This document shows, piece after piece, positions 37,690 to 50,541 of a DNA stretch of 64,000 nucleotides. Positions within the stretch are counted from its first letter, which is position 1. Every line of letters begins with the position of its first letter. The translations under genes were made by a program, and so were the position numbers. The stretch lies in the NCBI RefSeq assembly GCF_009914755.1, contig NC_060925.1; one strand, 5' to 3'. Source of the stretch: the human T2T-CHM13v2.0 reference genome, Homo sapiens. Under the pieces are notes generated by a model, which worked only from the letters and a program-made list of their open reading frames with translations, did no database searches and had not been told where the DNA came from.

Positions 37690-39100
37690 CCAACAGTTGG
37701 AAAATATCAAAAAGTCAGAAGAAGTTGATAGTGTTAAAAGATGAGACAATATTGAAAATTGGAAATGGGCCACTTGGCCTAGTGTTGGCCAATGGGCTAT
37801 TGGATCTAGCATTAGGAAGTCATCTTGCTTGTAGGGGTCAAAGAGGACTTATTAGTCATCTTAGCAAGACCAGCTTCAGTTGGATAAGAAGTGAGTGGGA
37901 GCTGAGGAAACAGACAGTGCTTTTGTAGAGAACAGAAAGCATACTCAAAGCACAACTTTAAAAGGCTTCATAGTTCAGAAAAATGTCTAACACTCCATCT
38001 CCTGGCAGAAAGGGCCAAACTTTGGCCCAAAAACTAAGGTTGAGACATAGTTTAAGTGAGGAGTATGTGAAAGCTACAATCAAGGAAACCATAAAACCAA
38101 AAATTGAGTATCCAGAAACAGCTCTCTGAAGGCAGGGTGAAAAACCAAGCAATAGAGAACAAAGAATATGAGCTAGAAGAGAAAAGAAAAGGACAGGACA
38201 TGAGCTCCTAGGTGATTACCTGGAATAGGTGTGGCCTTCTTTTACTAACTCCCAGTGCATGGTGAGCAGGGAGGAAGACGGTAAGTAAAAGAGGGCTGGC
38301 TGCACACAAACGGCCAAGGTAGATAAGATGAGAGTTGGGAGGAGGTTAAAGCAATAGGAGATGGGGAAGATTAGATTTGATCATGTCTGTAGGCTGAAGA
38401 GAGGGAATCAGAGACAAGAGAAAGAAAAAAATTTACATCTAGGGAGGAGGTCAGAGGAGATAGAATCCAATGAACCCAAAAAGTTAATACTGGGATGAAA
38501 GAAAAACCCTCTTACTTTAAGACTGAAGAAGAAATATTAAAAGATGTGTGCTTCTTGGCCAGGCACAGTGGCTCACACCTGTAATCCCAGCACTTTGGGA
38601 GGCTGAGGCTGGCAGATCACTTGAGGTCAGGAGTTCAAGACCAGCCTGGCCAACATGGTGAAACCCCGTCTCTACTAAAAATACAAAAATTAACCGGGCA
38701 TGTTGGCACATGCCTATAATCCCAGCTATTCGGGAGGCTCAGGCAGGAGATTCGCTTGAATCAGGGAGGTGGAGCCAAGATCGCGCCATTGTACTCCAGC
38801 CTGGGCAACAAGAGCAAAACTCCATCTCAAAGAAAAAAAAAAACAAAAACAGGTGTGCTTCTGTAGGCGAGTCTGTAGGTGGAAGCGAAGAAAGTCCAAG
38901 GAGATAGCTTGGAGCTGCTATAGTCTCTGTAAATTATGAAGTAAGGGTAAAGGCTGAGAGTGAGGGGCATGAGTAGAATGGCATGAGTTTAAAGGTTTCA
39001 AACAGCTGCCTCAAGAGGAATTCTAGAGGGAGTCCTTCGGGGACAAGTGAGAGAGGATTGCCAAGCTGCATTGAGAGCCCAGCCAAAGTTACATAATTAA
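37690..39100 (-). mobile_element. Diverged L2 LINE fragments, interrupted by Alu
   Basis: ggatctagcattaggaagtcat..cttagcaagaccagcttcagt..gagtgggag; purine-rich reverse L2 ORF pattern. Confidence 0.6.
38557..38849 (+). mobile_element. AluS (Sx/Sz-like) with 11-bp internal deletion
   Basis: Full dimer; TSD gtgtgcttct on both sides; right arm lacks gttgcagtgag. Confidence 0.95.
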
Positions 39101-42100
39101 AGAATAATGATTATTTTTCCTGAATCTTAATTTCCATACACATCCAGAAAATGCTGCCCTGCTTGCATATGTTGCTGCTTCCACAAAAGAAGCTAAGTTT
39201 GAGAGAAAGAAAATCCAATTGAATTTTTAAAATAATTTCTTTTGTAAAATGGTTTTGCAAGTGTCTGTGGTTAATTTCCAAATACTGGAAAGTCAACAAT
39301 TTTTGTAAATCACAACCACGTGTGTTTTATGCTTATATGTGTTTCTACCTTTTCACATTTGGTTTAAAAAAAAAAATTACAGGTGGGGGTAAAAACGTCA
39401 GCCAACAGGGTTTTGTGGATCACACAGCCCCATGCAATTAAGGCGCCATTGTTAATTTTCAAATTGTCATAATCCATTTGAGAATTTGAGACAATTCAAA
39501 AAACAATTATGAGTGAATGAAAAGTGAATTGGGCAATCAACTGAGATGAAATTCAGCCCAGAGAAACAAAACGTCGAGGAAAAAAATCCTAGATTATGGG
39601 AAGAATGAAAGGCCCATGGAAGGGACTGATTGTGTGGGGATGGTCTTTAAAGGCCAAAGTTACTTGACAAGAAGGTGGTAGGGGCTTGTTTTACACTGAA
39701 TGGGATTTAGCTGTTTCCTTAAGTGCAGCAGATTTGGCTTTTTCATTTTTAAGTTGCATAATAAAAATGTTTAAGCCTACCCAGATGCACATAGATATAG
39801 CTGTATGTTGTTTACCTAAGACTATCATATAGCAGCAAATAAACAAAACTAGTCCCCACAGACATTATGGAGCAGCTTGCTGCAAAACAGAATTTCAATT
39901 GCTTATTCTGATTCTATGAGGGAAGATTAATTTGTGATGCATCTAAGTGAATTATTTCACCCTAAATCTAAAACTTGAAATTATCATGCCCCATAATTTT
40001 TCATTTTTGAACTTGAAATAATGTAGGTAAGAGGATCATCTTTATCTTCAAACAACCTAAAAACACTCTGGCATACTCTATGGAAGGCCACGCTAATGTG
40101 TTCCAAATTAATGTTTAAAAATTTCTGTTCCCTGAAATTTTACATTCCACACAAGCAAATAGGCCCATGGAGAGGAGTCAAATATTATTACATGATGGCT
40201 CCTGTCCTTTTAAATTCTTCTTGCTAAACCTCTATTCTCATCTAAGCCATTTCCTCCTCTTCCAATCATCATTCTATGCCTTTTTTAAGGCATCAGCCTT
40301 AAAAGATTCATCAGATGCTTTCCTTGATAAGTCACAAACCATCATGATTTTTCTCGTGGTTTAATTCCCTCTGAACTCATTCATTCATTCACTTACTCAT
40401 TCATGCATCGTTGTGCACCTACCATATGGGACCTCCATAGCATCAAGTTCAGTGTTCTCCATGCAAAGTGCATTTATTCTATGCCTCCTTAGGGTCCTGG
40501 ACCTATGCTAAGCACAATAAAACTTATAGGAAGAAGTAAGTGTATGCAATGATTTGTTTCTTTCAAAAAGACTTAAAGCAACCAGCTGTCAAAAACAAAC
40601 TATAGTACAGTAACATGACATACAAAATAAAAGAAAAAAAGTCAAGCAATAAAGGAGAAGAAATTTATATCAAAACTCTCTGCTGAATTTCTAGCAGTTA
40701 CAATGGAGAAATTAAATGGATCATGAAGCCCTCATTCTCTAGTAAAAGAAATGCTATTTCTTTTAAAAAGATTGTAAGTTGAGCAGGAATAACAAAAACA
40801 TGGCAATGCTGGTACTGCTAATGCCACAGCCTCAGAATCATTCTTTAAAGAGCATACCAGTGAGCAACTACTAATTCATCAGAGATGCCACTCAAAAAAC
40901 AAATTCTTCTCATTATCCCTTGTATAAATGAAGTTTTTCCCTCAAGAATTTTGTCATTTGCAAATGACAATAAAGCATGCATACCTGTAAAAATTGGAGA
41001 ACATTTTACAACTAAACTGTGTGATGCTAGTTAATTATTTCTGATACTTCTTTGTACCCCTGCTAGCAATGAATGTATTCCTTGCCCATGGTGGGCACAT
41101 AAAAATCATTGCCTAGTTAACTTACAATGCAACATGATTTCAGAGACAGAGGACTCTGCTAGTGAGAAATCTTCCTTGCAGAGGAAGAACGGAAACCGAG
41201 CCTAAAAAGATGAGTTTTTGTTGAATGAGTGAACTAAGATCTTGAATCAGTTAACTTTTTAGAAGAGGTTGTTTTTAAAATCATAATAACTAAACTTTGA
41301 ATCTGTACTCTTGCATAGCGACTTCTCCATCTAAGGTGCATTTTCCCAATAATTATTTGTTCATTTTATACTGAACCCTGCTTTCTTCTGCTTTCAGACT
41401 TTAATATGTTAAAAATCCACAGCTACCAACTCGGTGTGTTGGCCTTTATAGCCACACAAGAAAGTAGGGGGCAGTTTGTTGATGCCCTCCACTTTGTCTT
41501 CTTGAGATCCGCAAGAGTTTTGTGTCATCTAAGGAAGCAGAAGTTCCTTATAAGGTTTACAGTTCAAGGAGCAAAAGACCATTTTAATTGCATCAATAAT
41601 CCACTCAACAGCACCTACTGGATTTGTCTACTAAATTAGCCTTTGATTTTCATCTCCAAAAAAGAAAAAAAAAATTCATTTTCATTTCCTTCCTGTTGCT
41701 GGTAGTTAAAGGTTACAATACGAAAAAGCATATACGCTGTAGACTCCCCCAAATCAGTAAGTACTCAAAATTGTGTGCAAAATATGAATAAAATATTGAT
41801 TTCATTAAAAATGTTAAGGACTACTTAATTCAAAAACATTTTATATGTTTGCATATTTATTTCTAAATTTGCATATTTGTTTGCATATAACTTGTAAAGA
41901 TGAATGTTAATTATACTTTAAAATCATTTATAAATTGTAACTAAGAATGTTGTATGAATTTTTAAAACTGCCAAATTCTCAAGTACCACTAATTATAAAG
42001 TGTCATGTAAAGTACACTGGAGCAGACTTCATATTGAAAAAATATTGAGAGCTTGACAAATAGAAAAGCAAAATTATTAACTGCGCTTGCTGATTAAATG

Positions 42101-44324
42101 ATACCTCAGGCAAGTGAAACTTAAGTGACACTTCGTGCTTTTCCAAAGCATCCATTTACCGCCACTGAATTATGACAAGAAACTCATGCTCCTAACCAGA
42201 CAAATATTTTACCTGATGCCTCCACATTATCCCATGTTTAAATGTGAGTTTCTGAGAATTAGTCCACATTTTTGTTGTACATATTCTGAAAATGACAAAG
42301 AATAAGTAAATAGGAATCATAATAAGCAGTAAAGCTACTTCAGCAGCACCCTGTGTCAAATGAGGTGAGCTGAGGCGATTTGACTGTGCACTAATTGGAT
42401 TTGTAAAATGATTCAGAGTAATTTAAAAAGCATTTACACAAGGTCAGATCTGAACTGGTTTCTAAAAAGAACCATAGAGAAGAATGAAATGTCCAAGTAA
42501 TTACACTGGACATGTAGATCTAACACTGTATCTATTAAATTGGGCATGAAATTGGACTTTTTTTAAGTACAGTAGGTCTTACACTATAAATCTCTAGACA
42601 ATTTTCTATATTTTTGATAAAATGTTTAATTATACTAAGTACAGATATGTCATAGAAAGGAACTATTGCTCATGTACCATTTTTCCTAAATTAGCAACTA
42701 CTGTAAGCTAATTTCTTTCTTAAATTTTGTAGAGTTGCAGCATATTGAAAATCGGCTGACTTGGTTTCAGTTTATTCCAATATCTACAGTCTTGCCAGTA
42801 GAAAGAGACATTGTTATCACTTTCTCCTCCACCAGCACCATACCCCTTGTCTCTCTTAGTTTAGGGTTGATTTGTAAATGTCTTACTATAAAAAATAATT
42901 AATGCTAAATTATTCCATGTTGTTATATTATCAGTGTCCTATCTGAATCCATACTAATATAATTAGAGATAAAGTCGACACTGAAATAACAAGTAGCTCT
43001 TAAAGTTCCTTGCATGTTAAGTAGCATTTACTGTGCTGGCAGAACAGAATTTAGATCTCAAAAATAATTTGATATTAAAAGACAAAAGTAAACAAATTAG
43101 ACTGTAAGTTTGTTTTTTCCCCCGGGTATTAATCAGCCCCAGTAAACCTTGTATTGTACTCTTCAAATCTGCATTAATCAGAATTTAGGTTTTGAAAGTC
43201 AAAAGGAAAAAAATTGTCTCCCTCTGGTGGGGAATATAACAAGTTTTTCTTTCCTTTTTTTCTTGCAGTCAATTTCAGCTAAGTTTCATGATGCTTTAAA
43301 AGAGTACACTTGGATAATCAGTTTATCATCTTTTAAACAGATTTTACTGTCTTTTGACATGATCAACACTCAGAAAATCCAGATTCAAAAGTCATTTTTA
43401 CTTCTTTTACTTTTTTTTCCTGAATAAAAGGATAAAAGAAGGAAAATAGCCTATGTCAACAAGTAGGAAAGTTCTGTTTTACATGAAATACTCAGCTCTA
43501 AATGGACTGGGTGATAAAAATTTTATTTTAGAATCTGTTAGTTTTGAACTTACACCCCTGAATAAGCTGTTTCAGAAAAGAAAAGTCCTGGAAGACCACA
43601 CCACACCCCCTTCACCCAGATCGTCTGTCAAGAGTTCCCTGGCTTCTCTCCTTTCTCTATAAGGCCAAAACACTTTCCCATAACCTCCATTGTATCACCC
43701 ATTGCCTTACATTGCCATTCTTGTTTGTGTGTCAATATCTTCCGTAAGACTATGAGCCACTCAAAGAGAGAGATCCTGCCTCATACATCTCCAAGTCACT
43801 AGTATTTAGCTTGGTCTTCAGCACAAAGAAGAACTTACCTCTGTGCCAGGCAGTGTGCAAAGCTTTCAACATACAACCATGGAGAAGATACAACTGTTTC
43901 CTGCCTTCATGAAACTATAATCTAATGGGAAAAAATGGGTTGATCTGGAGTACATTTTACCATAGAAACAATATATTAAATAGCAACTACTAACCCACAA
44001 AAGCCTATACAGTTTATATTTGACGTTGAAATGAATTAAAATTTCCCTTTAGGCAGATTCATCCCTTAAAAGTTCTACAGAGTTATTCTCATTGTGATGT
44101 ATAGAAAGAATTTTGAAGTACAACTTTGTATGTCTGGAACCATTCAGTTAACAAACATGTACTGAGTATCTACCATGTGTCAGGCACTGCACTAAGCCAT
44201 GGAAACACATTCTGGTCAGGAATGCCAGGTAATAAATAAGTAAACACATTTTTAAAAGCTGAGTATGCTTGTAATTTGTGCTATGAAGGAAAAAATTAAG
44301 GTGACAGAGGATGGAGTATATCAA

Positions 44325-44800
44325 CTGGTGTTCGAGCAGGAAACAGATTTTATACTCAATGAGGTAATTGATGAGAGTTTAATAAAGGGACTTTGTAAAA
44401 TGTGTGGACACTATTAAGGTAAACGAGTAAGGGAAAGCAAAACACCTTAGAACTAGTAAAAGTGGAAGGTCACTACTACCCGTAGGCCTCAGTAGAGAGG
44501 GAAAGGAGCAGTTACCAGAACACAAAGAAAAAACTGTAGCTAAAGGAAAGATCTTCCAACAAGAACTCTGGTTTTCAGGATCAAACACAGCCACCAATGA
44601 CTTGCAGTCCGGGCGTGGAGGGTCATAAATGCACTGATCTCTCTCTCCTCTGAGAGTACCCTGCCAAGTCTCCCTTTGATCAAACCCAACCAGAAGCCAG
44701 AAGACCATGAAGCTTTCTGCTGCTTTCCTTAAAGGTCAGCTTCCTGTCACCGGTAGAAAGAGTCTCTAAAGAGTGGCAAATGGAGAACAGTGATACAGAG
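44325..44800. mobile_element. ERVL LTR33-like fragment
   Basis: gcaggaaacagattttatactcaatgaggtaattgatgagagtttaataaagggact..ctacccgtaggcct..caaacccaaccagaagccaga. Confidence 0.65.
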
Positions 44801-46895
44801 AGTTATTAAGTCATCCAATGTTGGAAGAGGTGACATCAGAGCCAAAATCCACATAAAATTTTTTTGTAATGGGGACCAGAGCAAGTAGAGATTTTGAAAT
44901 GGGAAAAGTCTTGGTGGCCCAACTCTACAACTAACTAGAAACTTAATGTTGTAGCAGTCACTCCCCATTTTCGGCTACATCAGTAAAATGAACAGATTGG
45001 ACTATGATGACCTCTAAGCTCCCTTTCATCTTGAACCATTTGGAATTCTCTTTGAATTTCATGATTCTACCTCCTCTTAATATCCCCTCCCATGATGCTT
45101 CAATAGTATGAGGATACATTGAATGTTTATAAATTAGGGCCTCACTAGATTTTCTGAGAGTTGACAGTCCCACAAGTAAAGAAGAAGGGAAATGAAAAAA
45201 CCTGCCTAGACTTATCTAACTCACAGAGTTTGCAGCAAATCTTTGGCCTATGTGTGAAAGCATATGAAGAGACCTGGCTCATGACATACCCAAAGCTGAC
45301 ACATCTTCATAGAAAATGGTTTAATTGAAATTATCCCAAGAATATGATTTACTCCTTTTGAAAATTTCACCAGAGTTTTTCTATTTTCAATCAAAACTTT
45401 TTACAAACCACATTTTAAAGTTGGCGAAAGAAAGTTCAAATGACATGGATTATCTTTCTCTTGGAACTAATATACATACATCAGGGTTTATTGTGACAGT
45501 CACAAGTGAAGTACACTAAATTAAATTATTATTCCCATCTTAACTGACTCACTGGGTAGAAATAAGTTCACGTGCCAATATAGGGGCTGGTTCTGGTCCA
45601 CATGACTGTACCATTGGGATTTAAATTATCACAGTATTTGTGTACTAACTGGATGAAAAGTGGTAGACTTTTTCTTTTTTTTTTTAACTTTTTTCTTGCT
45701 TTCATGGAGACTGGCCTATACATGGAATTCTATGTAATGGGTCAGAATGCAATAGCAGAAGGGGTAGACATTTCTCAATCCAAAAACTATTAATTCATTC
45801 TCTTATTCATTCATTCCAAATTGACTTACTAAATGCCAGTCACCAATGTTTGTGTGTTAGATGGTAAAGAAGAGCTAGTATTCATGGAGCTAATCAGTAG
45901 GAGCTGCCACCACCAGATGTCACTAACTCCACCCCTCACCAATAATCCTCTGTGAGTATGGAAACACCTTTTTAACCTTAAAAGGTTTCATATTCACCAC
46001 ATTTGTACAAAAATAGGTACGTTTTAGTGTCTGTTAATTAAAAAAATACTTAATGACACATATGACAGCAAATTCAGTAATCCTTTCAATAAACATATTT
46101 ATTCATCGTAAGAATCTCTACATATATTTGAAAGGAAGTAGTGCATTCATTCAGGAAACACTGTTTTGCCCATTGACAATATATCAGGTGCTTATGGAAT
46201 TGTGGACCTTTTGCCATGCAGCCTAACCCCTCCCCAGAAATCTACAGACTTCAGGTACAGAGATACTGTGCTGAAGCCTGTGACGACCTAAAACCAGGCT
46301 GTGACCTCCACAGTCCCAATGCACTTGCCGTATTATGCCATAAGAATGATACCATGTTCATACAACGTTACTCTGTCAGTTTCTAGCAATGCTATTTTCT
46401 TGTCCCCAAAATCTCATAGTTTATATGAAAATAGTTTTCAGATGTTTTAGTTATATCCTCTTTCACATCACACCACCTTTTGCCCCCGACACAACTGCAT
46501 GTTGGCAGGAGGAAGGCTGAACTCTTCAAAGAAACTCCACCTTCTTACCATAAGGATGATGGTTTTTAGACAAAGGATGTGTTTCGGATTCTCTTGTTAC
46601 CTAGTATCATCCCTGCCCCCAAAAGACACTTCTCGATCACTCAGCTAAATGGACTCTTATCAGGTCCACCTCACTAATATGACAGATGTGCCATTAAATG
46701 TCCAAATCCCAAAACAAAACATAACTTGACCTGATGCTTAGCATGACTCCACCATGCTAAACAATAGGTAACACGTATCAAATAGTTGTATAGCCAATGC
46801 GCTGAGAGACAAGAGACAAATTGTCGCTAATTCTGCTGGGGGAAGAGTTCCCAGAAAGTACATTTGACTTGGGCCTTAAAGAGTAAGTACACTTG

Positions 46896-46966
46896 TTTCT
46901 TTTTCTTTTACTTTTTTTAAATTTATTTATTTTTATTATTATACTTTAAATTCTAGGGTACATGTA
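46896..46966 (-). mobile_element. Extremely truncated L1PA 3' end plus tail
   Basis: T-rich tail followed by ttattatactttaaattctagggtacatgt, the reverse of the L1PA 3' terminus. Confidence 0.75.
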
Positions 46967-47377
46967 TACTTTTAACACATCGTGGAGATATAAGAGTCAT
47001 CCAGGGGAAACATTTCTGGGGAAAAATGAGAATAGAAGAGATCTGGAACATAACAAGCAGTCTAGGGACTCGGTTTTTTATTTTAGGCAATAATTACTGG
47101 CTTAGGCAGTTTAAGAAGTCAGTGTTGACCATTGCTTGGTAGACAGAGAAGCACACCAGTGAGGGAAAGCAGCATCCCCAAAGAGCAGATAGAAAAAAAA
47201 AAAAAAGATAAATGCCACAGTGAAGACAGAACCCAGGCCGAAGTAATCTTTTTCTCCTTCAAACCCTTTGGTACTTTTCATTCTACTCACATGGCACTTA
47301 TCACAGATTACTTTGCCATCCAGTCCTTTATGTTCTTTTATTTTTTCCTCTAGTGGATTGTAATTGAATTCACACAA

Positions 47378-47640
47378 GGGGCAGCAATGTGATAGAGTGT
47401 AAATAGCAGAGGATTTGTAACCGGACAGTCATGTTCAAATCCTAGCTTCAACACTCCACATATATAACCTCAGACAGGTCTCTCAACCTCTGTTAGTTTT
47501 CATTCTTTATAAAATATGGATGATAATGCATATTTATGACAAAATGACAAAACGACTCTTGGGGTTGTTTTTAAGAGTAAGTGAATGAAGTAAGGCATAC
47601 GAAGTCTAGCATACAGGAGACACACAACAAATATGTTTCT
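47378..47640 (+). mobile_element. MIR SINE
   Basis: gttcaaatcctagcttcaacact..taacctcagacaggtctctcaacctctg..gttttcattctttataaaatatggatgataat. Confidence 0.8.
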
Positions 47641-48724
47641 TCCCCAATCTAATCTCCACGTGAGAAAATGATTGTCTTCACATCTTTCACATAGTTGGTG
47701 CTCATTATGGGCTGAAGGCAAAGTAGTTGTGTTACAGCATTGCATTCCACATCACCCAGATTATACTGCCTTGAATAATTTGGATTGGTTTGTAGTCTAC
47801 ATGAAGTTTACTCCAAAAATCATTTATGAATCACCTTCAATTACTGGCACTGCTAGTGCCTAGAGCCATAAAGTATGTTCAACAGGGGCCTTGCACTCTG
47901 AGTGAGTTATTTCTTTGGTGACTTATCCCTATAGAAAAACTTTTAAGGAAATTAACCAATCATATGCTGAATGGGGTCACTAAACCCGAGTAATACAAGA
48001 ATATATTTTTAGAGTCAGGTAACTCCTTCATGAGAATGCTTGATAATGCTATGAGGGCTTTAGACAAAAACTAATAACGCAGCTAAAATCAAGACTCTTA
48101 CCAGAAGAAAATATCTGGGGAGAAAATGTTGCATTCTATGCTCACAAAACTTGTTTGATCTTATTAGTGAATTGGTCCTTTAAGTATGATATGGATGAAT
48201 AGATTTAAAACTGGTTCAGTGGTATAATAAAATTCCTGTTTACACTTTTGTATAACCTCAGGAGCTGGAAAATCACTACCTCAGGTTGTGATCCAAGATG
48301 AGATTATTTAAGGTAGCACCGTGCATGATAGAAGCCTAAAGGAAAGAGGCCCAGTGAGGAACAGCTCAGACAGTGGCCACAAGTCATCTCCCAAGGACAG
48401 AATGTCCCACTATCATAGATAGAGCAGTACTAAAGGTGGCAGTACTTGTGGACAAACACAATAATCCAAAGATGCAGAAGAACAGGAAGAGATAAGAAAA
48501 CTCAAGCATACCTTAGATAATCAAGACTAAGAGGCTGCTTAATTAGAATTGAATTGGAGTGGCTCGAAAATAAATTGTAAGTCGAGTTTAGGGAGAAACC
48601 TTCTCCCTAATCACATTGCCATTGTGACTGTGCTCTGTTCTCTCTCCTTTACTCCACTCTCTAGCGTCTTGACCCAATCCCTTATCTCTTTCTATATTTG
48701 TAAGGAGAGAATTTTTATCAGGCC

Positions 48725-48940
48725 CCTCACATTGGCTGGGCACTGTGCCGGGCATTCATACGTGGTATCTATTTCATATTACAATTACCCTAAGAATTAA
48801 GTGCTGGTATTAGCCCCATTTTGCAGATAAGGAACTCAAGACTTAGAAAAGTATGGACCTGCCCATATTTATACATAACTAAGTAGAAGAGCTGAAATAT
48901 GAATTCAGGTCTGTCTGATGACAAATTCTGTGCTTCTTAG
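48725..48940 (-). mobile_element. MIR SINE
   Basis: tattagccccattttgcagataaggaactcaagacttaga..agtagaagagctgaaatatgaattcaggtctgtctga. Confidence 0.85.
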
Positions 48941-50396
48941 ACTGTTCAAGTTTAGTATGTTACCCCTCTAACAGGTACTTATATTTTATACATTGATAAG
49001 TGTTGTTAAATTTTAAATTTATTATGTACTCTCAAAGAATTTTTAAAAATCATTTTAGACTCAAAGAAATATATTTCTAATGGCAAGATTTCAGCTGAGG
49101 TCCAGTGATAACTGGAAGCCAGGAAGATAAAATGAGCAGTAGAAAATCATCCTAGTTGAACTCAAATTATATCCCATAGGTGGCTAATGCAGCCAAGTCA
49201 TAGGGCTAGATGTGAGTCAGAAAGAAAATGTTTTTGAACTTGCAACAGAGCTTCAAAGTGGTATGGTTGAAGGAGAGTGATAAGGTCGAACAAAAAACTG
49301 TCTCCAACTTAACCTCAAGAAATGGAAAAAAAAATGGGAATACACTTCAGAATGGGGATAAGAGCTGGATATACTGGTGCTGAACTTCCCTCCTCCCTAA
49401 AATACATTCTATGACTTTACTATTCATGAGTATAAATGTTGTCTAGGCTATTCCCAGTTTAAAAAAAAAAAGCAATTGGCCATATCCTTTTCAGCATTTT
49501 AATATTGAGCTATTATAATCTCACATTCCAGTGGCCTTCTAACTGCATGGTTATAGTCTCCTTACACTTACTCTGAAATTGTTTTTCCATTGTTATCTTA
49601 CATTATAGTCGCATCGTAATGTCATGTTTAAAGGTTCCCCATACACTTGTAATGAAATCGTTTTACAGTTCAGAATGGCATCATATTGGCACTTTAAGCA
49701 GGGTATCCATCACCCTGTATTGATAGTTTTCACAACAAAACACCCTATTTTAGTGACTGTGAAAGTAAATAGCTGTTGCCAGTGATCTGTTCTTCCATTT
49801 CAAACTTAAATGGTCTCATCTGTTTTATTTTACCTTGCAATTTTCACACTCACTGTGGTATAGGCCAAATTTATACTAGTTGCTTTCAAATGAGGACTGT
49901 CATTCCATTGGCTCGTAAATGTTTATATGACAAGCCATTTATCTGTTTTGGTCTGGCCCTTGTGCAATAGATAACTCCTTACAATCTGATAATCAATACA
50001 CTTTGGCCACTTTATTTGTAAAGCTAATGTAGATAAGTCTTCAGCTAATCAAAATCTAGAGGCAAATTATTTGGTAAACTTTTCAGATCAAACAAACTGA
50101 ATATCTAAAAGCAATGTGTGCAACTACGAAAATTTTATAGCACACTAACACCAAAGAAAGAATTCTACTTCCAAATGGTCACACATGAAAAATTTGAGTG
50201 GTAATTTAAGGCAAAATTTAATGAAAGACAAGAAATTTAAGAAGAGTTAAGTGTTGTGTTATAATTATTACCAAAACCCAGACATTTTTATTTAATTTTT
50301 TTAAAACATCATCATCACCTCTTGTTGGTTAAACTTTGAGAGCTTAACAATTTGGTTCAAATCTCCACTTCAGAAATTAAATGTTACCTCACTTAC

Positions 50397-50541
50397 ACTT
50401 GGAAGTAGGCCAGGATGGGTGCAAGTCTCCTGACAATAGGCTTTATTTTCGAGATCTTTCTATTCTCTGCTACTAAAGGAGCCATTACTGCCTCCACCAC
50501 AATTCCTCTACAGCTGTTTCGACAGTTCTTCACAGGTCCAG
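50397..50541 (-). other. Probable internal exon (145 nt) of an unidentified minus-strand gene; likely 5'UTR or first-coding
   Basis: Minus strand: polypyrimidine tract ttttattttctcttttgctcctccaacttctag|CTGGACCTG...TTCCAAGT|gtaagtga; unique non-repeat sequence; contains gtaATGg in strong Kozak context, open to the donor. Confidence 0.7.

Noticed and set aside
41460-41476. CTCF-like motif aagtagggggcag
   Set aside because: Lacks the conserved 5' CC of the core and cannot be supported without ChIP data.
48250-48600. Possible very old LTR remnants (also ~33100-33250 and ~52900-53500)
   Set aside because: Vaguely LTR-like but too diverged to assign by eye.
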